From Chloroflexota bacterium (GTDB lineage Bacteria > Chloroflexota > Anaerolineae > UBA1429): a stretch of 64,000 nt of DNA. The position numbers were made by a program, and so were the translations under genes. The notes below the pieces were generated by a model. That model made no database searches. It was not told the DNA's origin and saw only the letters and a list, made by a program, of their open reading frames with translations. Location of the stretch: positions 819-64,818 of the forward strand of contig JAAYAW010000003.1 of NCBI GenBank assembly GCA_012719135.1, written 5' to 3'. Numbering within the stretch: position 1 is the first letter of the stretch; each line of letters starts with the position of its first letter. Shown in pieces: positions 45,880 to 54,462 of this stretch.

Positions 45880-46623
45880 GTGGCCAACAGATCGTTCATG
45901 GCAATCGCTCACCGGGGCGCTTCCAGCTATGCGCCGGAGAACACGCTGCCGGCCTTCGACCTCGCCCTGAAGATGGGGGCGAGCCACATCGAGCTTGATG
46001 TGCACCTCACCACGGACGGGGAGGTGGTGGTTATTCATGACGACGCGCTGGATCGCACCTCCGATGGGCACGGGCCCGTCTCGGGCTGCTCTCTGGCCGA
46101 GATCAAAGGCCTGGATGCCGGCCGGTGGTTCGGTGGCCCATTTGCCGAGCATGGCGCCGAGCCCTTCAGGATCCCCACGCTGGCTGAGGTTCTCATTCGA
46201 TACGGGGGCCGCGCTCACCTGCACATCGAGATCAAGGAGACCACCGCGGCGCTCGTGCCCGCCACGGTCGCGCTGATTCGGGAGTCTGGCCTTCAGCAGC
46301 ACGTCACGCTCACCTCCTTTCATCTGCAGGCCCTGGTGGAAGCGCGCCAGATCGCGCCAGAACTGGAGGCCGGGTGGCTCGTGGCCGCGCCAACCGAGGA
46401 GATCGTCTCGCGAGCCCTCGCCCTTGGCCTGGCTCAGATCTGCCCCCGAGCGGACCAGGTAACGGCGGAAGCCGTGCGTGCGCTGCACGCCCGCGGCCTT
46501 GTGGTGAGAGCCTGGGGCGTGAGCGATGAGGCCTTGATGCGCCGTGCCGTAGAGGCCGGCGTGGACGGCATGACGGTCAACTTCCCGGACGTGCTCCTGG
46601 CCTACCTTCGGGAGCGTGGCTGA
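45880..46623 (+). CDS. Glycerophosphodiester phosphodiesterase (GDPD/UgpQ family)
   Basis: AIAHRGASSYAPENTLPAF...ELDVHLTTDGEVVVIHD are GDPD catalytic His/Glu motifs. Confidence 0.8.
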   Translation: MANRSFMAIAHRGASSYAPENTLPAFDLALKMGASHIELDVHLTTDGEVVVIHDDALDRTSDGHGPVSGCSLAEIKGLDAGRWFGGPFAEHGAEPFRIPTLAEVLIRYGGRAHLHIEIKETTAALVPATVALIRESGLQQHVTLTSFHLQALVEARQIAPELEAGWLVAAPTEEIVSRALALGLAQICPRADQVTAEAVRALHARGLVVRAWGVSDEALMRRAVEAGVDGMTVNFPDVLLAYLRERG

Positions 46624-46672
46624 GTGCGGCTCCGGACGGCGCTCGATACCGCCCGCTTCTTCTGGGAGGCCG

Positions 46673-47305
46673 ATGCCTGAGGGATCTGTGTTGCTGTTGT
46701 TCGCCGGCGCGGCCTTGGTGCTGTTTCTGATCCCGGGGCCGGTGGTGCTCTACACCCTGGCTCGCACCGTAGCACAGGGCCGCGCCGCGGGGCTCGCCTC
46801 CGTGCTGGCTGCGGCGGTCGGCGATTTCGTGCATGCTCTGGGGGCGACGCTGGGGCTCGCCGCGATCCTGGCTTCGTCCCCTGTGGCCTTTCAGGTGGTG
46901 CGCTATGCTGGCGCGGGTTATCTGGCCTATCTTGGCGTTCGCACCCTGCTAGCACGGGCCGCTCACGCCGGACAGCCTTCGCTGGAGGCGCAGCCGCTGA
47001 AGCGTGTATTCGGCCAGGGAGTGCTGGTGGCCGTGCTGAACCCCAAGACGGCTCTGTTCTTTCTGGCCTTTCTGCCCCAGTTACTGCGGCCGCAGCGTGG
47101 CCCGATCGCGCTCCAGAGTCTGGTGCTCGGTTTGCTCTTTGTGGTCATGGGCATGGTGATGAACACGCTCTGGGTCCTCGGCGCGAGCGCAGTTACCCGT
47201 CTGCTGGCCGGGAGCGGCCGCATAAGCGGCGTGGGGCGTTACCTTTCAGCGGGCGTCTATCTGGCTCTCGGGCTTGCGGCCGTGTTCGGGGGGGAGGGTG
47301 GCTAA
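46673..47305 (+). CDS. LysE/RhtB-family amino-acid exporter
   Basis: LIPGPVVLYTLARTVAQGRAAGLASVLAAAVGDF is the LysE-family N-terminus. There are 6 TM segments and a GGGAGG RBS. Confidence 0.75.
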   Translation: MPEGSVLLLFAGAALVLFLIPGPVVLYTLARTVAQGRAAGLASVLAAAVGDFVHALGATLGLAAILASSPVAFQVVRYAGAGYLAYLGVRTLLARAAHAGQPSLEAQPLKRVFGQGVLVAVLNPKTALFFLAFLPQLLRPQRGPIALQSLVLGLLFVVMGMVMNTLWVLGASAVTRLLAGSGRISGVGRYLSAGVYLALGLAAVFGGEGG

Positions 47306-47447
47306 CCCTCCGGATCTCCGGTGCGGGGTTAGCCTGTCCAGGGCAGGCTAGGCGCAACCCTACAGGCGCCAGCGGTGCCATACTAATAGCGTGCAGTCGG
47401 CACGCGGAGAGCGGCCGGCGTGATTCTTGTGAGAGAGGCGGCGTAAT

Positions 47448-48317
47448 ATGCAGATCGTTACCGATAGCGGGACAGACGTACAACTCTCGCTGGCCGAGAG
47501 GGCTGCGTTGAACATTTACACGGTTCCTCTGGTGGTGTCGCTCAATGGCGCATCCTATCGAGAGGGGCTCGATATCGAGCCGCAGGTGTTCTACCGGGAG
47601 CTGGCCGCGACGGGCTCGCTGCCCATCACCTCGCAGCCCTCTCCTGGCGCCCTCGCAGAGGTCTACCGCGATCTGGCCAGGAAGGATCCGGACATCCTCT
47701 CGATACACATCTCCTCCGGCCTGAGCGGGACTGTGAATTCGGCGAGGGCCGCCGCGGCCATGGTTCCCGAGGCGCGCGTCACCGTGGTGGACACCAAGAC
47801 GCTCTCTGCGGCCTCCGGGTGGCAGGTGGAGGCCGCCGCGCGGGCTGCCCGAGCAGGGTGGTCGCTGGAACGGATCCTGGCGCTCACCGCCGAAATCAGC
47901 GCCGCCTCTGATAGCCTCTACACCCTGCGTGAGCTGCGCTATCTGATCCATGGCGGGCGCATCGGCCACATGAAGGGCCTTTTGGCGCAGCTGCTGAACA
48001 TCAAACCCATCATCGGGGTTGAGAAGGAGGGCGGCACCTACGTTCAGAGAGGGCAAGCCCGCTCGATCGTCGGAGCCATGGGGGGGCTGGTGAAGTTGAT
48101 CGAGCGCCAGCATGGCGCAGGCGCCCGGCTGCGGGTGCAGGTGATGCACTCGGCGGATCCGGAAGGCGCCCGTGCCCTGCGTGAAGCCGTCGCCGAGCGT
48201 TTCTCTTGCGTGTTTGCTCCGGATGGAGTACTTTCACTGGTGCTCGGTGCGCATACGGGGCCTTCGCTCGTGGCCGTTGCCTTTGCGTCGGCGGATGTGT
48301 GGTCGGCGGTGCCCTAG
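47448..48317 (+). CDS. DegV-family fatty-acid-binding protein
   Basis: MQIVTDSGTDV...ITSQPSPGAL...HISSGLSGT are DegV hallmarks. Confidence 0.8.
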   Translation: MQIVTDSGTDVQLSLAERAALNIYTVPLVVSLNGASYREGLDIEPQVFYRELAATGSLPITSQPSPGALAEVYRDLARKDPDILSIHISSGLSGTVNSARAAAAMVPEARVTVVDTKTLSAASGWQVEAAARAARAGWSLERILALTAEISAASDSLYTLRELRYLIHGGRIGHMKGLLAQLLNIKPIIGVEKEGGTYVQRGQARSIVGAMGGLVKLIERQHGAGARLRVQVMHSADPEGARALREAVAERFSCVFAPDGVLSLVLGAHTGPSLVAVAFASADVWSAVP

Positions 48318-48347
48318 GGTATGAGGCCGGCCGGAAAGGAAGCAACG

Positions 48348-49016
48348 ATGCTGCTTTGGGCCGCCAAACAACTGGTGCAACCGATGATCTTGGCCTTGGT
48401 GCTCTTTGGTGGGGCGGGCACCTTCCAATGGCCGGCTGGCTGGCTCCTGTGGGGCTTTTTTGTCGCTCTGCAGGTCTCCATCGACGTGATCCTTGCTCGT
48501 CACAGCCCGGACCTGGTCGCGGAGCGCTCACGTGCGGTAGAGGGCCACAAGACGTGGGACATCCCCTACGCGCTGGCTATGGCCTTTGGTCCCTTCCTGG
48601 CCGTGCTGGCGGCGGCGCTCTCATATCGGGCCGGCGCACTCCCCGCCCCGGTGCTTTGGCGCCAGCTCAGCGCCCTCTTCCTGATGGCCGCCGGCTCCGC
48701 GTTCACGCTCTGGGCCACGCTGGTCAACCGGTTCTTCTCCGGAGTTGTGCGCATCCAGACGGACCGCGGCCACAAGGTGGTCAGCACGGGCCCGTACAGC
48801 TGGGTGCGCCATCCGGGATACCTGGGCGCGATCGTCTACTTCGCTGGGATTCCGCTGTACTTTTGGTCTCTATGGGCTTTGGCGGTGGTCCTGATGATTC
48901 TGGTCTCTGCTGTAGTGCGCACACGGCGGGAGGACGAGACGCTGCAGCAGGAACTGCCGGGGTACGCCGAATACGCTCTACGTACGCGGTTCCGCCTGCT
49001 CCCTGGCATCTGGTAG
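48348..49016 (+). CDS. Membrane methyltransferase of the isoprenylcysteine carboxyl methyltransferase (ICMT)/phospholipid methyltransferase family
   Basis: VSTGPYSWVRHPGYLGAIVYFAG is the ICMT/PEMT C-terminal SAM-binding motif. There are about 5 TM segments. Confidence 0.7.
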   Translation: MLLWAAKQLVQPMILALVLFGGAGTFQWPAGWLLWGFFVALQVSIDVILARHSPDLVAERSRAVEGHKTWDIPYALAMAFGPFLAVLAAALSYRAGALPAPVLWRQLSALFLMAAGSAFTLWATLVNRFFSGVVRIQTDRGHKVVSTGPYSWVRHPGYLGAIVYFAGIPLYFWSLWALAVVLMILVSAVVRTRREDETLQQELPGYAEYALRTRFRLLPGIW

Positions 49017-49221
49017 GCCCGGGGCGCCACGCACGCCCGGCAGAGTGACCACCACGCCGTGGGTTGCTCTCCTGCAGGGCGCCGGCCGCGGCGGCAGGCG
49101 CGCGACCATGTCCTCCGCCGGAGCTCTGCCCCGTGATGAATGCAGCCTCGCTGTGCACCCTCCCCCTTCGCCACACGGCTCTACGGCCGCGAGCCAGCAC
49201 CATCATGCCTGGAGGTCGTCC

Positions 49222-49821
49222 GTGAGTGAGCCGAGCAAGCATAGTGATAAAGGCCGGGGGGAGGGTCCCCTGGTCGTTCTCGTAACCGGCCTGCCCGCCA
49301 CAGGCAAGACGTCCGTCGCTCGCAGGCTGGCTGTCGATCACCATCTTCCGCTGGCGTGCAAGGACGAGATCAAGGAGCTGCTCTATGACACCCTGGGTTG
49401 GAGCCAGGGCACGCCCGAGGCCAGAGAGTGGTCTCGCCAGCTGGGGCTCGTCGCGGTTGGGCTGCTGTTCCAGTACCTGCGCTCACACGTCTCGGTCGGC
49501 CGGCCGTGCATCATCGAGAGCAACTTTCACCCCGACGCGGCCGGTGAGCTGCGGGCGCTGCACACCCGGGTTCCCTTTCGCATGTTCCAGGTGCTGTGCC
49601 GCACCCGTGGCGATGTTCTTCTGGCCCGCTTCCACGCCCGCGCTCAGAGACGCCACCCCGGCCATGACGACGCCCGGCTGGAGGAGGAGTTGCGCCCAGT
49701 GCTGCTATCAGGCGGCTACGAGCCATTGGCCCTTGAGGGGACGCTATGGGAGCTGGATACCACGCGGTGGAGCGAGGCGAAGGTGGCCGAACTGAGCGCC
49801 GCGGTCGGTGCGGCGCTGTAG
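49222..49821 (+). CDS. P-loop NTPase / predicted kinase (AAA_33-like)
   Basis: The Walker A is VLVTGLPATGKTS. I chose the start at GTG 49222 after GGAGGT; the ORF-track start at 49045 is probably too far upstream. Confidence 0.55.
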   Translation: MSEPSKHSDKGRGEGPLVVLVTGLPATGKTSVARRLAVDHHLPLACKDEIKELLYDTLGWSQGTPEAREWSRQLGLVAVGLLFQYLRSHVSVGRPCIIESNFHPDAAGELRALHTRVPFRMFQVLCRTRGDVLLARFHARAQRRHPGHDDARLEEELRPVLLSGGYEPLALEGTLWELDTTRWSEAKVAELSAAVGAAL

Positions 49822-49872
49822 CGCGCAGGCGGCCCGCCCGACCGCGTGGTCTTGCGGTCCGGCGCGGTTCGC

Positions 49873-50802
49873 CTATCCGCGGTAGCGGTTCTCGTTGTGC
49901 CAGCGCAGGAATTCCGGCGAGGGGCGCTCCACCGCCGCGCGCGGCACTTGCACGAGCGGTTGCCCGTGCAAGCGGAGGTACTCCCGCCCGTTGTTGAACT
50001 CCTCATGGATGCCCTGGCTCACCTCAATGCGCAAATCCGTTGTCACGGTGAGGTATCCCCGATCAAAGAGGTTGTGGAGATCCGCCCGCAGTAGCAGGCC
50101 GTTGGAGACGCTGTTGGGGCCGGATTCGGCGTGATCGCGGATGTGGGCCGCCTCCAGCACGGGGAGCACCCGCTCTCCGGTGAGGGCGCACCGGCGATCG
50201 TACGCGTCGGTTACACGAGCACGAAAGCCGCCTTGCCCCAGCCGGGGTTCGTGGATCAGCAGGGCCCCGTAGCGGACGCCGGGATCGGCGAGCTGATGGA
50301 TGCTCACCTGCTCCTCGGCCATGTGCAGGCGCTGGAGGCGGTCCTGCAGCTGTACCCACAGGAGGCGCCCCTCGCCATCCTCGGTGCTGTACGTCTTGCC
50401 CTGCTGTATGGAGGCATGCCAGCTGGCGGGCGCGGGGATCCACTCTGCTTGCGAAAGGATAAAGGGCGAGCTAAGGATGATACAGCCGATGGGCGGGTCC
50501 AGTTCGCGGCTTGCGCCCAGGGCGCCGATGCGCCGCCGGAGTGTGCCCAAATCCGGCGCGCCGTTGGCTGGCCCGAAGAGCTCCCAGGCCAGCGAAAGCG
50601 GCACGCGCGTATAGTGCGCGAATATCCCGCCTCCCACGATATAGTTGAGGGGGCTGTGCAGCTTGAAGAGAAAGAGCTCGCCCGGCGATAGCGCCCGGAA
50701 AGTCCCCTGTGCTCGCGGCCGCCAGTAGTTCACTTCCTCTGGGACGAGTCCTGCCAAATGGTCGAACCAGGCGCGATCGGTGATCCCTACATAGAGCCTC
50801 AA
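49873..50802 (-). CDS. HNH endonuclease with N-terminal PUA-like (EVE/SRA-like) domain; putative modification-dependent restriction nuclease (COG3440-like)
   Basis: The C-terminal HNH motif is CALTGERVLPVLEAAHIRDHAESGPNSVSNGLLLRADLHNLFDRGYLTV. The N-terminus MRLYVGITDRAWF...LSPGELFLFKLHSPLNYIVGGGIF has a PUA-like pattern. Confidence 0.6.
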   Translation of the reverse strand: MRLYVGITDRAWFDHLAGLVPEEVNYWRPRAQGTFRALSPGELFLFKLHSPLNYIVGGGIFAHYTRVPLSLAWELFGPANGAPDLGTLRRRIGALGASRELDPPIGCIILSSPFILSQAEWIPAPASWHASIQQGKTYSTEDGEGRLLWVQLQDRLQRLHMAEEQVSIHQLADPGVRYGALLIHEPRLGQGGFRARVTDAYDRRCALTGERVLPVLEAAHIRDHAESGPNSVSNGLLLRADLHNLFDRGYLTVTTDLRIEVSQGIHEEFNNGREYLRLHGQPLVQVPRAAVERPSPEFLRWHNENRYRG

Positions 50803-50862
50803 GCGGCGCTCCTCACGGTGCCAGAGACGGTTTGGCCGTCTCCGTGGCTGAGTTCCTGCAAC

Positions 50863-51519
50863 CTACTGGCAGCCCACCATCATGTCCGTCGCGACCATGG
50901 CATTGGCCAGGTACGCTTCATCGCCAGTTTCCTCATAGAGGATCTGGTAGGCGTTGGAGAGGTCCGAATACTTGCGGGCGCACGGCGCCCCCGTTTCGGG
51001 TATGGTAAAGGTCTGGTAATCCACGATGATCTGGCGAGCGAGCCGCCCAGCCGGGATGCCTTCCTTCTGCGCCAGATCGTTAACGGCCTGGCCCTGGGAT
51101 TCGTAGGTCGCCAGGTCGCCCTGCGAGAGGGCCAGAATCGCGCGCGATGAGCGATAGGTCCAATCATGCGGTCGTTGCTGGATAACCTGATCCATGGCGG
51201 CGGCATCCCCGTTCTTGCGAGCGTTGTCCATCGCGCGATCCCCTGCCAGCACATCGCTCACCGCGCCATACGCGCCGAGGATGGCGTTGGCATCGGGATC
51301 ATCCGAGCGGCCCATCATGGCCTGGCCGAACCGGATCGTGCCCATCAGATCGACCTGCCCATCCTCTGTCGTGGGGGACATGTTGCGCTCCCTCAGCCAC
51401 TCCTCTGCGAGATCCCTCACGAACTGCCTGTCCGCCGGGGTAAAGTCTTCACATCCTGCCAGCAGAACCGTCACCACGAGCATGGCTACCATCATCAGGA
51501 CGCGCAGCGGGTGTCTCAT
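50863..51519 (-). CDS. Lipoprotein, hypothetical
   Basis: The signal peptide is MRHPLRVLMMVAMLVVTVLLAGC (lipobox). I recognised no family. Confidence 0.5.
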   Translation of the reverse strand: MRHPLRVLMMVAMLVVTVLLAGCEDFTPADRQFVRDLAEEWLRERNMSPTTEDGQVDLMGTIRFGQAMMGRSDDPDANAILGAYGAVSDVLAGDRAMDNARKNGDAAAMDQVIQQRPHDWTYRSSRAILALSQGDLATYESQGQAVNDLAQKEGIPAGRLARQIIVDYQTFTIPETGAPCARKYSDLSNAYQILYEETGDEAYLANAMVATDMMVGCQ

Positions 51520-51950
51520 GGCAGTACTCCCTCTGTCAGGCTGCCTGGATCGGTCCGGGCCTCGAGCTCCTGGAAAAACGCCTCTCGGCCGATCTCCCCG
51601 CGGGCGAACTTGCGGATGGATTCCGCAGGCGCGGTCGTGATCAGAACGGATTCGCCCGAGGCATCTCGATAGTCCAGGGCGATGCGATCCACGCCGGCGG
51701 TGGCCAGCGCGGGACTGTTGGCGAGTTGCACCATGTAGGCCAGCATGGCGTTCTGATCGCTGCTGGTGGGGAACCGGAACCCCTGCGAGCTATCGAGGAC
51801 GGCGTATAGCGCGGCGCCTTGGCGCCCGTCGTTGTACGGAAGCACATAGGCGTACAGCCCCGTGGTATCGAGCCCCGCCTGCTCAAGCTCGGCCCTCAAC
51901 TCCAGTTCGGCGCTCCGGTCGGGCTCCAGTTGCTCGCCGAACACCTTCAC
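51516..51950 (-). CDS. Hypothetical protein (144 aa)
   Basis: Its stop overlaps the downstream lipoprotein's start (ATGA), suggesting translational coupling. I recognised no family. Confidence 0.45.
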   Translation of the reverse strand: MKVFGEQLEPDRSAELELRAELEQAGLDTTGLYAYVLPYNDGRQGAALYAVLDSSQGFRFPTSSDQNAMLAYMVQLANSPALATAGVDRIALDYRDASGESVLITTAPAESIRKFARGEIGREAFFQELEARTDPGSLTEGVLP

Positions 51951-51971
51951 CGATGCCGGCTGGCGGATCCC

Positions 51972-52493
51972 TCACTGTTCCGGAAGAGGGGATATCCACA
52001 CAGCCGCCGCCGCCAGAAGGAGGAGTGCCGCCAGTGTGCCCAGGCAGCATCCCCGGAGGCGATGGCGCTTGCGCGGCGCCGGCGGCGTGGCGGCCTCGCG
52101 GGGGGCGCCGCGTGCACTGTCAGAACCCATGGGTGGCCGCGCGGGGCCTGCCGGTGGGGCAGCCTGGACGGGCGCGGTTGGCTGCGTTGGCGCCGCGGCC
52201 GGGATCCGTGCGACGGCCTGCGGGCTCCAGTTTGTCCCGTCCCACAGATAGGGGCGGGCGGGATCATCCCCGGGCAGCCAGGACCGGCCGGCGTGGTCTT
52301 TCACGGCGAGGGTCAGGTGAGCGTTCTGGAAGGCGGACGAGTCGATCTCCCCTCGGGCATACCGGGAGGTGAGGTCGGCATAGCCCCTCTGCGCGGCCTG
52401 CCACGCAGGGGATTCGGGCAGAAAGAACGCGCCGCAGCCACCGCATGCGTCGGCGCCGTCCGCGTTCGAGGCGCCGCAATGAGGACAGTACAT
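51972..52493 (-). CDS. Zinc-ribbon protein with a C-terminal transmembrane anchor
   Basis: I chose the start at ATG 52493 with GAGGAGG RBS. The product begins MYCPHCGASNADGADACGGCG and ends in a TM helix, LGTLAALLLLAAAAVWI. The middle has a Pro-rich low-complexity linker. Confidence 0.5.
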   Translation of the reverse strand: MYCPHCGASNADGADACGGCGAFFLPESPAWQAAQRGYADLTSRYARGEIDSSAFQNAHLTLAVKDHAGRSWLPGDDPARPYLWDGTNWSPQAVARIPAAAPTQPTAPVQAAPPAGPARPPMGSDSARGAPREAATPPAPRKRHRLRGCCLGTLAALLLLAAAAVWISPLPEQ

Positions 52494-52695
52494 GGGGAGC
52501 CTCCTCTGCCTGGCGTCGGGGTCGGTACTCACTGGAGCCATCATCGCAGGTGCGAACCTGCCTGTCAACCTCTGCTGGCCGCTGTTGTGCAGGCTGCCCG
52601 TTTACCTGTCGGCTGCCCCTGGCGTACAATGCTCGTTGAGCCTGATGGCCCGGCCCGTCTTGCGGGCTGCCCGGCGCTCTCTTGGAGGTGAAACC

Positions 52696-54345
52696 ATGCG
52701 CATTACGCTTGCTCAGCTGAACCCCGTCGTCGGCGATATCGACGGGAACGTGCGCCGTCTGGCGGAAACGCTGGAGCGCGCACGCCGCGACAGGCCGGAT
52801 CTCGTCGTGTTTCCAGAGCTGTACCTTGTGGGCTATCCCCCGCGCGATCTGCTGGAGCGTGGCTGGTTCATCGAGCGTACCGCGGCGGCCGTTGGCCGCA
52901 TCTGCGAGATATCCCGGGCCCATCCGGGCGTCGCGATCCTGTTTGGGGCGCCTGTCGCATCGGACAGCCTGCGAGGTAAGGGCCTGTACAATGCGGCCTT
53001 GCTGGTACAGGACGGCCACGTGGTGGCCACGCATCGCAAGATGCTCCTGCCGACCTATGACGTCTTTGACGAGTCGCGCTATTTCGATCCGGGCCCCTCG
53101 GCGAAAGTCACCCGGCTGAAGGATGGCGTGCTGGGCATCCATGTCTGCGAGGACGCGTGGACCGATGCGGCGCTCTGGAGCGCGCGCGATCTGTACAGTG
53201 TGGATCCGGTCGCGCTCCAGGCCGCGCTGGGGGCGACCGTGCTCGTGAATATCTCGGCATCCCCCTACAACGTCGGCAAGGAGGCGGTCCGTTACGAACT
53301 CATGAGCCAGCATGCGCGGGCCCATGGCGCCCCGTTTGTGTACGTCAACCAGGTGGGGGCTAACGATGAGCTGATCTTTGACGGGCGGAGCATGGCGCTG
53401 GATGCCAGCGGGCGGCCGCTGGCGGTGCTCCCTGGTTTCGAGGAGGCCGTGGTGACGGTGGACCTGGCCGAGGCCACTCCGGCAGGGGCGTATACCTGCC
53501 TGGATGAGATCGCCTCCGTGCATGACGCGCTCGTGCTGGGCATCCGGGACTATGCGGCCAAGTGTGGCTTTACTCGGGCCGTGGTCAGCCTGTCCGGCGG
53601 GATCGACTCCTCCCTGACCCTATACCTGGCCTGTGAGGCTCTCGGTGCGGATAACATGCTGGGCATCGCGATGCCGTCGCCGTATTCCTCTCCCGGTAGC
53701 ATCAGCGATGCCCGGGATCTGGCGGCAAACCTGGGCGCCGAGTTCCGCATCATGCCGATTACGGGCATCTTTGACGCCTATCTGGAGAGTCTTGCGCCGC
53801 ACTTTGCCGGGACGGCCCCCAACGTCGCTGAGGAGAACGTGCAGGCCCGTATCCGGGGGAACCTGCTCATGGCGATCTCGAACAAGTTCGGTCATCTCGT
53901 GCTGTCCTGTGGCAACAAGAGCGAGTTGGCCGTCGGCTACTGCACGCTGTATGGCGATATGAGCGGCGGACTGGCAGCGATCTCGGATGTGCCCAAGACG
54001 ATGGTGTATGACCTGGCGCGCTACGCCAATCGAACGCGCGAGATCATCCCCAGGGGCTCGCTGGAGAAGGCGCCGTCCGCCGAGCTGCGGCCCAACCAGC
54101 GCGATCAGGATACCCTTCCGCCCTATCCGGTGCTGGATGCGATCCTGGAGATGTATGTGGAGGACGGCCTGTCCATCGATCAGATCGCTCAGGCGGGCCA
54201 CGACCGGGAGGTGGTGGTCTGGGTGGCTAAAAAGGTGGACCAGAGCGAATACAAGCGAAGACAGGCGGCGCCCGGGCTTCGGGTGACCACCAAGGCCTTT
54301 GGCTCGGGCCGTCGCATCCCTATCGCGGCCGTCAAGACGCCCTGA
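52696..54345 (+). CDS. nadE: Glutamine-dependent NAD+ synthetase (N-terminal nitrilase/CN-hydrolase domain plus C-terminal NadE)
   Basis: The CN-hydrolase domain reads MRITLAQLNP...VFPELYLVGYPP. The PP-loop SLSGGIDSS marks the NadE ATP-pyrophosphatase domain. GGAGGTG RBS sits upstream. Confidence 0.9.
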   Translation: MRITLAQLNPVVGDIDGNVRRLAETLERARRDRPDLVVFPELYLVGYPPRDLLERGWFIERTAAAVGRICEISRAHPGVAILFGAPVASDSLRGKGLYNAALLVQDGHVVATHRKMLLPTYDVFDESRYFDPGPSAKVTRLKDGVLGIHVCEDAWTDAALWSARDLYSVDPVALQAALGATVLVNISASPYNVGKEAVRYELMSQHARAHGAPFVYVNQVGANDELIFDGRSMALDASGRPLAVLPGFEEAVVTVDLAEATPAGAYTCLDEIASVHDALVLGIRDYAAKCGFTRAVVSLSGGIDSSLTLYLACEALGADNMLGIAMPSPYSSPGSISDARDLAANLGAEFRIMPITGIFDAYLESLAPHFAGTAPNVAEENVQARIRGNLLMAISNKFGHLVLSCGNKSELAVGYCTLYGDMSGGLAAISDVPKTMVYDLARYANRTREIIPRGSLEKAPSAELRPNQRDQDTLPPYPVLDAILEMYVEDGLSIDQIAQAGHDREVVVWVAKKVDQSEYKRRQAAPGLRVTTKAFGSGRRIPIAAVKTP

Positions 54346-54385
54346 GGATCGGGCCGGGCCTGCAGCACGGGCGCGTAGCATGCTC

Positions 54386-54425
54386 TGGAAAAAAGAACGG
54401 AGGGCGCCGCATTGCGGCGCCCTCC
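54386..54425 (-). terminator. Rho-independent terminator of the surface-protein A gene
   Basis: On the minus strand, the hairpin GGAGGGCGCCGC-AAT-GCGGCGCCCTCC is followed by GTTCTTTTTTCC. Confidence 0.7.
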
Positions 54426-54462
54426 GTCCGTAGCCAGGCGTGGCGTGTTGGTGAGGTGATGG

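Noticed and set aside
45721-46488. N-terminal 256-aa extension of the GH116 ORF (43117..46488)
   Set aside because: The extension lacks homology and overlaps the region upstream of, and into, the GDPD gene. An internal ATG at 45720 has a strong GGGAGGAG RBS and begins the conserved GH116 N-terminal domain.
52264-53523. 419-aa minus-strand ORF antisense to nadE
   Set aside because: The + frame is a textbook glutamine-dependent NAD synthetase. The minus ORF is a GC-rich antisense open frame.
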